Of a stretch of DNA of 64,000 nucleotides, positions 49,667 through 58,643 are shown piece by piece (position 1 is the first letter of the stretch; each line of letters opens with the position of its first letter). Where the stretch lies: positions 71,807-135,806 of the forward strand of contig JARVJZ010000005.1 of the NCBI GenBank assembly GCA_029775855.1. The letters run 5' to 3'. This DNA is from Nitrososphaeria archaeon. GTDB lineage: Archaea; Thermoproteota; Nitrososphaeria; Nitrososphaerales; JAAOZN01. The position numbers were made by a program, and so were the translations under genes. The notes below the pieces were generated by a model, which saw nothing but the letters and a program-made list of their open reading frames with translations, ran no database searches and was not told the DNA's origin.

Positions 49667-50362
49667 ATGAGTGTAGGGGCAGAAGTCTCAAAAGTTTTGT
49701 CTAGCAGCTCAAGGTGGAAGATACTAGAAATACTAGCAAAAGGTCCTAAAGATATTAAGGCTATAGTGAAAGAAACAGGAATACAGCCCACAGCAGTCAG
49801 ATATCACATACAATCACTACATCGGCTTGGATTAGTCGAAACCTACGAAGAAAAAGGCACCATCGGCAGACCACGCATATACTATAAACTCTCTAAAAAG
49901 CAAATCTCTGTAGGCTTCCCAGCTAGAAACTACATACTGCTAGCCACACTCCTAATAGAAGCGATAAAGCAGAACTTAGGCACAGAAGAGGCTAAAAAGT
50001 TAATTCATATAGCGGGGGTTAAAAAAGGGAAGGAGCTCGTAGAAGAGCTAACCTCAAAGTATAATATAACGAAGTGGAAACCACATGACTTCAAATCAAT
50101 CTATATTGAGGATTATCTTACTCAAATAGGTGTTCAACCCGAAGTAGTGAAGATGAGCAGCGATAGAATTGTCTTTAGAGAGCATAGCTGCCAATTCTTA
50201 GAGCTGGCAACAAAGTATCCTGATTTGGTTTGTGATGTCCTTGACACAGCTATACACTCTGGCATAAGTGAAGCATTAAAGGATGTGAAGATAACTAAAA
50301 CCAAATGTATGGGACACGGCGACGAATTCTGCGAATACACAGTATCTTGGAAGAAGAGTTAA
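49667..50362 (+). CDS. ArsR-type wHTH regulator with a Cys-containing V4R/SufR-like sensor domain
   Basis: R..IL..L, VRYH...L and GRPR..Y motifs; C-terminal HSCQF..LA..YP.LVC and C...G...CEY. Confidence 0.8.
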   Translation: MSVGAEVSKVLSSSSRWKILEILAKGPKDIKAIVKETGIQPTAVRYHIQSLHRLGLVETYEEKGTIGRPRIYYKLSKKQISVGFPARNYILLATLLIEAIKQNLGTEEAKKLIHIAGVKKGKELVEELTSKYNITKWKPHDFKSIYIEDYLTQIGVQPEVVKMSSDRIVFREHSCQFLELATKYPDLVCDVLDTAIHSGISEALKDVKITKTKCMGHGDEFCEYTVSWKKS

Positions 50363-50841
50363 CTTTCTAAAAGCGCGTTGCAGTATCTGCGTATGTGTTC
50401 AGCTGCTTTACCCTCTTTAATCCATCGTCTTTTCAATAGAAGGGTGGCTTTTACTCGAGCGCCTTTTTTGTTAAGGAGCTTAATCATCTGCTTTAGGTAA
50501 CGTCGCTCATCAAATCCACCGTATGTTATAAATAGACCTAGCGTTTTCCCCCTAAGATTTACCTCTTTAAGATACTGGTTTATAGGCGGGCAGCTTACTG
50601 TCCACTTCGGCAGACCCAAGCATACCAAATCGTATTGGCTCGGGTTTGCTTTAGGCGGTTTTATGGGGGTGCGTAACTTTGGGATGAATGATAGTATAAG
50701 CCAGTATAGGTACGGTTGGTGCCTAGTAGGCTGTATCTCTTCTAAATCTACATCCACTTTCTCATTTAAAACTGAAGCTAAGGATTCTGCGACCTTTCTG
50801 GTGTTGCCGGTGTATGAGAAGAAGGTTATAAGAACCTTCAC
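50359..50841 (-). CDS. flavodoxin-like protein
   Basis: FS.TGNT..VA phosphate loop, YD.V.LG.P.W and F.T.GG motifs. Confidence 0.82.
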   Translation of the reverse strand: MKVLITFFSYTGNTRKVAESLASVLNEKVDVDLEEIQPTRHQPYLYWLILSFIPKLRTPIKPPKANPSQYDLVCLGLPKWTVSCPPINQYLKEVNLRGKTLGLFITYGGFDERRYLKQMIKLLNKKGARVKATLLLKRRWIKEGKAAEHIRRYCNALLES

Positions 50842-50890
50842 AACACATATAGGAGTAGAGATGCTTTAAAAAGATGATAAGGAAGAGTGG

Positions 50891-51379
50891 ATGCGGTTGA
50901 GGGTAATCGCTATATCAGACACACACATACAGAGCCTTAACGAGCTGCCTCAGAAGGCGATAGATGTTTTATCGAAAGCAGACATAATCCTACACGCTGG
51001 AGACTACACTGGTATACAACTTATTCTAGATCTTAAAGAGTTAACTGAATTTAAAGGGGTCTACGGAAACATGGATCCACCGAGTATTAAAGCCCAACTT
51101 AGATCTGTTGAAGTTATCGAAGAAAAAGGGTTTAAAATAGGGCTCACACATCCGAGCGAAGGAGGAAGCCCCTTCGGACTCATAGATAGAGTGAGTCGAC
51201 ACTTTAAAGATGTTGATGTTGTGGTATATGGTCACAGCCACAAGGCTAGAAAAGATGTCGTTGGAGAGGTGATTTACCTAAATCCAGGCAGTTTGACTGG
51301 AGCCTTCCCCGCTATTCGGAAGACTTGTGCTGAAATTACGGTAGGCGATAAGATCGATGTTAATATCATAGAGCTCTAA
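50891..51379 (+). CDS. YfcE/MJ0936-family metallophosphoesterase
   Basis: SDTH, HAGD, GN.D, GHSH and NPGS motifs. Confidence 0.92.
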   Translation: MRLRVIAISDTHIQSLNELPQKAIDVLSKADIILHAGDYTGIQLILDLKELTEFKGVYGNMDPPSIKAQLRSVEVIEEKGFKIGLTHPSEGGSPFGLIDRVSRHFKDVDVVVYGHSHKARKDVVGEVIYLNPGSLTGAFPAIRKTCAEITVGDKIDVNIIEL

Positions 51380-51430
51380 AGGGTGCATTAAACTTAATAG
51401 TATGTGTGTATTAATTTCTTGTGAGCTAAT

Positions 51431-52081
51431 ATGTTTGAGTATAGTGGTGTTAAGATATCTTGGTTAGGGCACGACGGCTTTAAGATTAAAAACGACGTCA
51501 CAATATACATAGATCCATTTCAGATCTCAGGCGGAGAGAAGGCGGATATTGTGTTAGTGACTCACGAGCACTTTGATCACCTCAGCCCAGAAGACATTAA
51601 GAAGGTCTCTACACCAGACACAACGATTGTGGCGCCTAAGATCGCTGAATCTGGGCTTAAGGGTATTAAATGTAAGCAAGTCTTAATAATCAAGCCGGGC
51701 GAGGTTAAGGAGGTTAAAGGTGTTTCTATTCAAGCGGTTCCGGCATATAACATAAACAAGTTTAGGGCTCCTGGTCAAGTCTTCCACCCAAAGGAAGACG
51801 GGAGAGTCGGATATGTGGTAAAGGTGAAGGGTGTAAGCATATACCACGCAGGGGACACAGACGCTATACCAGAGGTAAAAAAGTTGAATGTTGACATAGC
51901 GCTTCTTCCAGTCAGCGGCACTTATGTTATGACAGCGGATGAAGCTATAGAGTTGGCTAACACTATGAAGCCCAAGCTTGCTATCCCGATGCACTACGCA
52001 GCCATAGTAGGAAGTGAAGCTGATGCCCAACGATTCAAGAAAGGCGTGGTAGGTAAGGTAGAAATCTTGGAGAAGGAGTAG
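51431..52081 (+). CDS. metallo-beta-lactamase-fold hydrolase
   Basis: WLGH, THEHFDH, YHAGDT and IPMHY motifs. Confidence 0.92.
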   Translation: MFEYSGVKISWLGHDGFKIKNDVTIYIDPFQISGGEKADIVLVTHEHFDHLSPEDIKKVSTPDTTIVAPKIAESGLKGIKCKQVLIIKPGEVKEVKGVSIQAVPAYNINKFRAPGQVFHPKEDGRVGYVVKVKGVSIYHAGDTDAIPEVKKLNVDIALLPVSGTYVMTADEAIELANTMKPKLAIPMHYAAIVGSEADAQRFKKGVVGKVEILEKE

Positions 52082-52123
52082 GGAAAGAGTTAATAGGTTG
52101 GTTTCCGAATAGAAACATAGGTC

Positions 52124-52396
52124 TTGTCGGAAGTAGAAAGCGACCCTGACTTCGAGAATATAGTGGGTCAAGAGTTAGTGACTTACGCGCAGCTAAAGAA
52201 GATAAGAGAATACCTCATAGCTAAGCTAGCATACAGAAGCCCACGAGTAAGTAAGAGAATAATACATCATAACAATAAAGCGTATATGCTTACAATAAGG
52301 CTTGAAGAGGTTAAGCCGAAGATAGAGGTTCCTGAAGGTGTGCCTGAACCTGAGAGTGCAACAACTCAGACAGCCGAAGCTAAGAGCGGTGAATAG
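52124..52396 (+). CDS. hypothetical protein
   Basis: 90-aa ORF filling the gap, with a low-complexity acidic tail. Confidence 0.55.
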   Translation: MSEVESDPDFENIVGQELVTYAQLKKIREYLIAKLAYRSPRVSKRIIHHNNKAYMLTIRLEEVKPKIEVPEGVPEPESATTQTAEAKSGE

Positions 52397-52409
52397 CAGA
52401 TACCCACAT

Positions 52410-52586
52410 CTAACTATTTTTTGAGGTTTCTAAGGCTTCTACCTCAAATTCGAATGCGCCACTCTGTCTAGATAGGAGACCTAGAGCTTCGATGAGCATA
52501 TTTCCAAGGTATACCTTATCAACCCAAGTGAACTTTGGCTTAAACTTTATCTTAAATTCAAACTCTTGTTGCGGCAACCTGTTCAA
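52410..52586 (-). CDS. small hypothetical protein (58 aa), absent from the ORF track
   Basis: TTG..TAG ORF MNRLPQQEFEFKIKFKPKFTWVDKVYLGNMLIEALGLLSRQSGAFEFEVEALETSKNS, with TTTTATATAA about 25 nt upstream. Confidence 0.5.
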   Translation of the reverse strand: MNRLPQQEFEFKIKFKPKFTWVDKVYLGNMLIEALGLLSRQSGAFEFEVEALETSKNS

Positions 52587-52633
52587 CCACTACACTATCT
52601 TTACACTTATATAAAAGGCAGATGTTTCAACAC

Positions 52634-53188
52634 CTATTCATTTAACAAAATTTCTATAGCAACCCCTTGACTTATAAGTGGCTTAGCGTTTTCGAGCGGT
52701 ATAGTAGCTACATCTTCAGGCTGAAATGGACCATACTTCTGTAAGTCCACACCTATTATAGCATCAAATGGTTTTAGGAAGCGTAGTGTGACTAGTTTTT
52801 TTATGCTGCGTTCCTGTATGCTTGTAAGTAGGGAGACTTGTCCGTTCTTTAGGGCGTTTTCGATCTTATTTATTCGCTGCTTCACCGACGCTTCGGCTTC
52901 AAGTATGTATCTCTCTTCGGCTAGGAGGTTTGCTTCTTGAAGTTTTAGACCATTTTTTGCTTTGGTTAACCTAAGTTGCAACAGATTTAATGTGATCTTT
53001 AATATGAGTTCCTTTTCTCTTGCCTTTAGATGTGTGAGCAAAGTTTCTGTGAAATGGTCTGTGTTTCGCGCATTCTTTAGAAATAGAGCAACGGATCTGT
53101 AAAGGTCTTGCGGTATGCTTCTAAGCTCTTTATCTACCATCTCCTCTTCAAGCAGCTTACCGAGTAGGTTAAGGTTCATTTCGGTCAA
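52634..53188 (-). CDS. GINS complex subunit (Gins51-type)
   Basis: Helical N-domain; C-terminal I.GVDL..YGPF...DVA.IP..NA..L...G.A; adjacent to priS. Confidence 0.85.
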   Translation of the reverse strand: MTEMNLNLLGKLLEEEMVDKELRSIPQDLYRSVALFLKNARNTDHFTETLLTHLKAREKELILKITLNLLQLRLTKAKNGLKLQEANLLAEERYILEAEASVKQRINKIENALKNGQVSLLTSIQERSIKKLVTLRFLKPFDAIIGVDLQKYGPFQPEDVATIPLENAKPLISQGVAIEILLNE

Positions 53189-53192
53189 CGCC

Positions 53193-54329
53193 CTACACCA
53201 TCTTTGCTAAGCCTTGCCCCAGTAGGTATACTGCTGCTGCAAGTGGTAGTTTAACTTTCTGCGCTTCTTTGAATTTATAGTTCTGGTCTAGCATGGTGAA
53301 GTGAAGAGCGTGTGTGATTTCCACTTCAACCTTTTCTTCACCGAAGGCTACTGCGTCAACGAAAGGATTGAATTCATCTAAAGAGTAGACCCTCTTCTTT
53401 ATTAAACCTGTTTCTCCGTGTAGTGTGCCGGGAAGCCTGAGTATTCTATGTACATCTGTTGTGACATTTGTATCTATTGTTGCACCCATTTGTCTTGCGC
53501 ATTCCTCTAGAACTTTCTTGAAGCCGCTGTATCTGGTTTTTGTGTAGAGTTCTATAATATTCTTCTTCGGGTCTTCTTTGCCCTTGTTCGCAAAGTATTC
53601 TGCGATTCTGCCCCTCCAGCCGCCTTCGTCTATGCGAGGTAGTCTGCTTATAAGTTCGTCTGCTGTCGCTCTTTTGGAGATTCCTATGAACTCTGGTATA
53701 AGCCCTCTACCACATACATAGTCTGCGAGCTCCATCCTACCCATTTGATCTAGGTTTTCATAGGCTGTGTCTTCTAGTATTATGTGATAACCTTTGCTTC
53801 CAGAAAAGTAGACTTTGATCTGCTTTTTTGTGAAACCTAGGTCACTTATCAGAATCTCTATTAGCTTGTTTGCTTCGTGTTTCGCGCCGTTTAAGCAGTT
53901 TCGACAGACCATATTTAGCTGTGTGAAAGATGTGCTGCCGCAGATGCATCTTTTGGGTTTGTTTCCCCGACCTTGTCTACCACATTTGCTGCATGACCAT
54001 ATGTCGTGTTCTTTTTTGCATTCTAGGTTTAGGTCGTCACAGTCGATGTCGAAGGCGATGTCTGCGCCTTTCCATCCTTTTTCTTGCATCGGCAGGGTTG
54101 GCTCATAGTAGTATGCGATTGAGTAGTAGAAGGCTCTTGGAGCCTCTTTTACCAGCTGAGCCTTTAGCTCGCCTTCGTTTTTGTATGATAGATGCCTAAT
54201 CATGCTTCCTCCGAATGGTAGGTATCCGAATTCTCTTTCTGAGATTCTGCTTGGTACCTCTACTTCCTCTATCCTATTGTAGTAATAGTGTTTAAAGAGC
54301 TGCTTGAGGAATGCTTCTACTCGCTCCGT
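53193..54329 (-). CDS. priS: DNA primase small (catalytic) subunit; start uncertain, no canonical start before the conserved N-terminus
   Basis: FDIDCD, Zn-knuckle, FSG.KGYH, D..VT.D.HRI.R.PG.LH motifs. In-frame F..YY...P..I..REFG segment lies upstream of the first ATG (54203). Start placed provisionally at ACG 54329. Confidence 0.9.
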   Translation of the reverse strand, partial: TERVEAFLKQLFKHYYYNRIEEVEVPSRISEREFGYLPFGGSMIRHLSYKNEGELKAQLVKEAPRAFYYSIAYYYEPTLPMQEKGWKGADIAFDIDCDDLNLECKKEHDIWSCSKCGRQGRGNKPKRCICGSTSFTQLNMVCRNCLNGAKHEANKLIEILISDLGFTKKQIKVYFSGSKGYHIILEDTAYENLDQMGRMELADYVCGRGLIPEFIGISKRATADELISRLPRIDEGGWRGRIAEYFANKGKEDPKKNIIELYTKTRYSGFKKVLEECARQMGATIDTNVTTDVHRILRLPGTLHGETGLIKKRVYSLDEFNPFVDAVAFGEEKVEVEITHALHFTMLDQNYKFKEAQKVKLPLAAAVYLLGQGLAKMV

Positions 54330-55348
54330 TTCTTTGGCCCCCCTTTTGCCTTTACCCTTCTAAATTGGAGTGGGTTCTTTATGTCGTCACAGTCTTCGGT
54401 TTTGAAGCAGAATGCATGTGTTTGGAGGGTTCTGCAGCTTGGTGGCTTATACTTTGTTCCCCCGCCTCTGAGCCCAGCTATGTGCTCGACTTGGTACCGT
54501 GTTATCCGCTCGTTGAAGTCTGGTGCCTTCGCAAATAATGCTACAACTTCCTCAACGCTCTTCCCTATATTAAGTAGGTATGTAGTCATTAGGAAGCGTC
54601 CATAATGCGGTATATTCTGCCCTTTTTGCAGAAGATCGAGCGCGTGCTGAACACATGGAGGGTATTCTGTCGGTCTTACTGTTGTCTGAACTATGGGTGT
54701 TAGAGCCTTGATGACCTTTTTCAACTCTTCAACAGCTTCTTGGAGTGCTGGTGTTGGTGTCGGCTGCTGCAGTGATTTTATGCGGCTATATATCATCATT
54801 CTGATCTCCTCTCTTATAAGCCTCGTCAGAGCATGTGTAGTTAAGTAGACAAACCCTTCTTTCACTACCCGATTCACCAGCTTCCACTCCGGGCTATGTA
54901 GGTGAACAGCCCTCTTAAGGTATTCAACTACTGGAATCCTATAATCATATTGCACACCACCAAAAACCTCACACACTTCTCCAAGATCTATACCAGAGAC
55001 AACCTTAAAGATGTAGGATACCAAAGCCTTCTTATCTTCACGCTCTATGAAACTCTCAACCCTACGTGCTTCAGCGAGAGAAAACTTTACAGCCAGTTGC
55101 TCAACACCGATAAGCTTCACAAGTAACAGCGCTATGTGGAAGGAGAGCAGCTCTTTGTCGCTATCAGTGAACTCTTCACTTACACTGCCAGTCTTATAGG
55201 CTTGGAGTAGCCGCTCCTTAGCTCTATAGAGTATCGGAGCATAATCTGGTTTATCTAAATCCTCTAGGCTTACATTCAAGTTGCTTATGTACTCTCTCGC
55301 TTCCTCTAAGAAGGGATACTTTGCTCGATCTTCAGTGCCTAACTGCAA
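54317..55348 (-). CDS. priL: DNA primase large subunit
   Basis: KYPFL, W.LVNR.V..G.V, PPC, H..RF, PDF.E..TRYQ..H and Y..PSC motifs; Fe-S cysteines. Confidence 0.93.
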   Translation of the reverse strand: MQLGTEDRAKYPFLEEAREYISNLNVSLEDLDKPDYAPILYRAKERLLQAYKTGSVSEEFTDSDKELLSFHIALLLVKLIGVEQLAVKFSLAEARRVESFIEREDKKALVSYIFKVVSGIDLGEVCEVFGGVQYDYRIPVVEYLKRAVHLHSPEWKLVNRVVKEGFVYLTTHALTRLIREEIRMMIYSRIKSLQQPTPTPALQEAVEELKKVIKALTPIVQTTVRPTEYPPCVQHALDLLQKGQNIPHYGRFLMTTYLLNIGKSVEEVVALFAKAPDFNERITRYQVEHIAGLRGGGTKYKPPSCRTLQTHAFCFKTEDCDDIKNPLQFRRVKAKGGPKKRSE

Positions 55349-55374
55349 GTCTTAGCGCATTTAGGGTTGAGCTT

Positions 55375-56949
55375 CTATATTTCCCTTCGCCTAAGTAGTG
55401 GGGTTTTACTTTCGACCCAGAGGAACTTTCGCTGCATAGATTTAGGGTATATGAGCTTCCAGTCGAGTCCTATCTGCTTTGCCCATCTATAATAGACCCT
55501 TGGGTCTATATAGTTCTTTAAAGAGGTATTCAAGTTATATTCTTTGATGGCTTTAGCGAGCTCTAGTTGTAGTTTTACTTTTCTGATTCTCTGCTCAAGC
55601 CTCCGCAGACCTTTTTCGGTTTTAGGTTTTGGGGCGGATAGGAGTTTTGCAAGCCTCTCCTCCTTCTTTCTTATGCTCTCCTCCCAATTCTTTGGGGGTG
55701 TGCGTTTATGGTTGCATTTTATAGCAGCCTCTAGGTTCGCTAGCTTAGCGTAGTATAGTTTAACGTACTCGTCTTCATCCTTAAGGGTGCCGTTTCTCTG
55801 CTCAAGGAAGTCTTTTACAGTCTTTGTTGCTATGTAGGTGCGGAAGACCTTTGCTGTAAGCCCTTTATCAAATTTCTTAAGAAAGCTATTAACTTTTTCG
55901 GATGTGATGCCATCAAATATTAAATCTTGAGGGGTCTTGCCTACAGTGAACTCTTTGAAGTTCTCTATGAGTTGTGGATCGGGTTTCTCTAATGTCTTCT
56001 GCCACCTTACGCTATCCTTACCTAAGAAGTCGAAATCTATACTATCTTGATTTATCTTCACATGCTCCACTCTTAGTGTTGTGGCACCAACAGTATCTGC
56101 TTCGTCTTCATCCTTCTCATCACCAACCCTCAGAGCCAAAGCATCTATAAGGTAGCACACGGTAGCAACCTTCCGAACCTCTTTCTTCTTTGAAGAAAGC
56201 ATCTTCTTTATTTCGCTTCTAATCCGAGCAATCTTCTTTTCAAGCTTCGCTGCAGTTTCATACTTAAGCAAGTCTTGCCGCTGTCTCAGAAAAGATGATT
56301 CAGACAACCACACATACTTATTTTTGCTAGGGTCGATCTTATCAACCCACTTAGCAAGCCACATACTTGTATGATCGTGCACCACACCACCCCAACGCCC
56401 TTCTGGTATAGGCGCGTCTTCACCAAGATTCAGTGTCACATCCTCAGGCTTAACCCTCTCCTTCCACTTGCCGCGAAGAGGGTGATTACCTCTGCCCATA
56501 AATATTCCAGGCGGTTCAACCATCCAGTTTGATACCTCAACAGTTATACCGTCAACTATAGCGTAGCCATATTTTGCTTTGAGTTCTTCACGCTTCTTCT
56601 TACGCTCTTGGGCTAGCCGCTTCTTTTCCTCCTTGCTCAGCGACTCTTTAGCCTTCTTCTCTTCGTCAACTAGTTTGTAAAATTCAGATAAATCTATCTC
56701 ATTGAATGTGACATCTCTGTAATTTGGGGGTAGATGTGCTCTTAGGGATTCAAGAAAATTCTTTTGGAAGACTATGTCTTTCACGTATGGTGTGTCCTTC
56801 TTCTTCGCCCAATTATAGAACATTTCTTCTGCTAGAGGGTTGAGTGTTATCCACTCTCCTCTTAGACCAACCTTTACTCCTTTAGGTTCGTATTCCGGAG
56901 GGAAGGCTACACCATTATGCACCAGCGTCGTCCAGCGTCTTCCCTTCAA
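55375..56949 (-). CDS. DNA topoisomerase IB (eukaryote-like, single chain)
   Basis: W.TL.HNG, EPPG.F.GRG.HP..G, LRVG.EK, F.FLGKDS, AKVFRTY, CNH.R and TS..NYIDPR motifs. Confidence 0.95.
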   Translation of the reverse strand: MKGRRWTTLVHNGVAFPPEYEPKGVKVGLRGEWITLNPLAEEMFYNWAKKKDTPYVKDIVFQKNFLESLRAHLPPNYRDVTFNEIDLSEFYKLVDEEKKAKESLSKEEKKRLAQERKKKREELKAKYGYAIVDGITVEVSNWMVEPPGIFMGRGNHPLRGKWKERVKPEDVTLNLGEDAPIPEGRWGGVVHDHTSMWLAKWVDKIDPSKNKYVWLSESSFLRQRQDLLKYETAAKLEKKIARIRSEIKKMLSSKKKEVRKVATVCYLIDALALRVGDEKDEDEADTVGATTLRVEHVKINQDSIDFDFLGKDSVRWQKTLEKPDPQLIENFKEFTVGKTPQDLIFDGITSEKVNSFLKKFDKGLTAKVFRTYIATKTVKDFLEQRNGTLKDEDEYVKLYYAKLANLEAAIKCNHKRTPPKNWEESIRKKEERLAKLLSAPKPKTEKGLRRLEQRIRKVKLQLELAKAIKEYNLNTSLKNYIDPRVYYRWAKQIGLDWKLIYPKSMQRKFLWVESKTPLLRRREI

Positions 56950-57072
56950 TATTCTCCCCGTGCTTGCATCGTGGTATATGCAAGAGATAGTAAAAATTTT
57001 TCTAGAAGTAGCCTCTTTAATTGAGATGTCTCACCATTCATGCTAATTTAAATAAAAACTAAGGGGTGTAGG

Positions 57073-57615
57073 TTAGAGCATTATAGCAGCCGCGATTGCA
57101 GTAGTCCAGAGCCCGTTCTTATCACCTTCAGCAGATTGCACAATATGTCTAGTCTTAACGACTTTACCAGATATGCGCCAGATCTCTCTTCGAGCATCGT
57201 AGCTACGCTCTATATCAAAGTCCGCACCCATTGTAGAGGCGAGCATAGACGCAGCTAAGTCTTCAGCATACTCACCAGCCTTCTCCTGAGTCTGACCGTA
57301 AGCACTATGCTCTGACAAGTAGCCGTAGAGCCTCTTATCTTGAGGAATAGCCAAGCCTATCGCTGCAGCAATAAGCCTATTAGGTTCGTTTGTGTCGATT
57401 CTACTCATCACGCAGAAGGTTATCTGACCAGGCTTTAGCTTTCTCAACCCAACATCTCTAGATACCAGCTTGCAAGACGGTGGGAAGATGCTAGACACGT
57501 GAACTAAGTTGCAGAAAGCTATGCCTGCATCTCTCAGTGCAAGTTCAAAGCTAGCTAGCCTTTCTTTGTGTCTGCCTACACCTTTTGTCAGGAAGATCAT
57601 GGTGGGTAGGAACAT
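57073..57615 (-). CDS. pdaD: pyruvoyl-dependent arginine decarboxylase
   Basis: SFE.ALR.AGI, NLV.VSSI.PP (Ser-Ser cleavage site) and GYLSEH motifs. Confidence 0.92.
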   Translation of the reverse strand: MFLPTMIFLTKGVGRHKERLASFELALRDAGIAFCNLVHVSSIFPPSCKLVSRDVGLRKLKPGQITFCVMSRIDTNEPNRLIAAAIGLAIPQDKRLYGYLSEHSAYGQTQEKAGEYAEDLAASMLASTMGADFDIERSYDARREIWRISGKVVKTRHIVQSAEGDKNGLWTTAIAAAIML

Positions 57616-57648
57616 TTCACTACAGTTAGGTGATAAGAGCGTAGTATT

Positions 57649-58626
57649 TTAGGATTTGTTCAACAACGCTTTTAAAGCTTTTGTTAACTCCGGCACCACC
57701 TGATACAGATCACCTACGATGCCATAGTCGCAGACTTGGAAGATGGGTGCCTTTTCGTCCGTGTTGATGGCGACGATTACACGTGAATCCTTCATCCCAA
57801 CTATATGATGTATCTGTCCAGAGACACCAACAGCTATGTAGAGATTGGGTTTTACAGTTTCTCCTGAGAGCCCGACTTGCCTCTCCTTTGGTAGCCACTT
57901 TAGGTCTTCAACTAAGGGTCTTGTCCCCGCTAATACCCCACCTACAACGTTTGCCAGCTCTTCAACGATAGCTAAATCTTCTTTCTTCTTAACCCCTCTA
58001 CCAGCAGTAACTATAACTGAGCTGCTCCTCAGGTTTACACTGCCTTTCTCAGCTGTAATGGTGCTTATAATCTTAACTTTAGGCTCACCTACTTTAGCCT
58101 TTACCGATATAACATCAGCCTTCCTAGATTCGTCGCGTTGAAGCTTCTCGAAGGTCTTCGGTCTGATGCTGGCTACAAGAGGGCTTGCTTTAGCAGCTAA
58201 GACGATGTTCGCCGCTCCACCATACACCATTCTTGTAGAAAGTATTCTGCCTGAGCTATCGACATCAAACGATATACAGTCAGCAGCGCACGCTGACCCC
58301 ATTCTTGCCGCAAGTCTAGGAGCAAGTTCACGTCCGCGCCTCGAGCCGCCTATCAACACAGCCTCAGGCTTACTCTGCTCCACTACAGCAAGTAGTGTAT
58401 CCAGCTGCAGATCGACGCTCTTCACATCCTGCAAGCCGTCTTCCACTTGATATACCACTTCTGCTCCGTGTGCCGCCAACTCTCTAACCCATTCAGGATT
58501 CGGTTTAATCGCTACAGCCCCTACTTTGAAAGATGCTTTTGACGCTAAGGTTTGCGCTGCTGAAAGCGCTTCTAAAGCTAAAGATGGCTCTTCTGAATAT
58601 GTAAGGATGATCTTATTCGCACTCAC
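57649..58626 (-). CDS. etfA: electron transfer flavoprotein alpha subunit
   Basis: GRG, RP.V, QVG.SG..V.P.LY.A.GVSG..HH..G and IN.D..APIF motifs. Confidence 0.94.
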   Translation of the reverse strand: MSANKIILTYSEEPSLALEALSAAQTLASKASFKVGAVAIKPNPEWVRELAAHGAEVVYQVEDGLQDVKSVDLQLDTLLAVVEQSKPEAVLIGGSRRGRELAPRLAARMGSACAADCISFDVDSSGRILSTRMVYGGAANIVLAAKASPLVASIRPKTFEKLQRDESRKADVISVKAKVGEPKVKIISTITAEKGSVNLRSSSVIVTAGRGVKKKEDLAIVEELANVVGGVLAGTRPLVEDLKWLPKERQVGLSGETVKPNLYIAVGVSGQIHHIVGMKDSRVIVAINTDEKAPIFQVCDYGIVGDLYQVVPELTKALKALLNKS

Positions 58627-58643
58627 ACATACTCACCCCCCTT

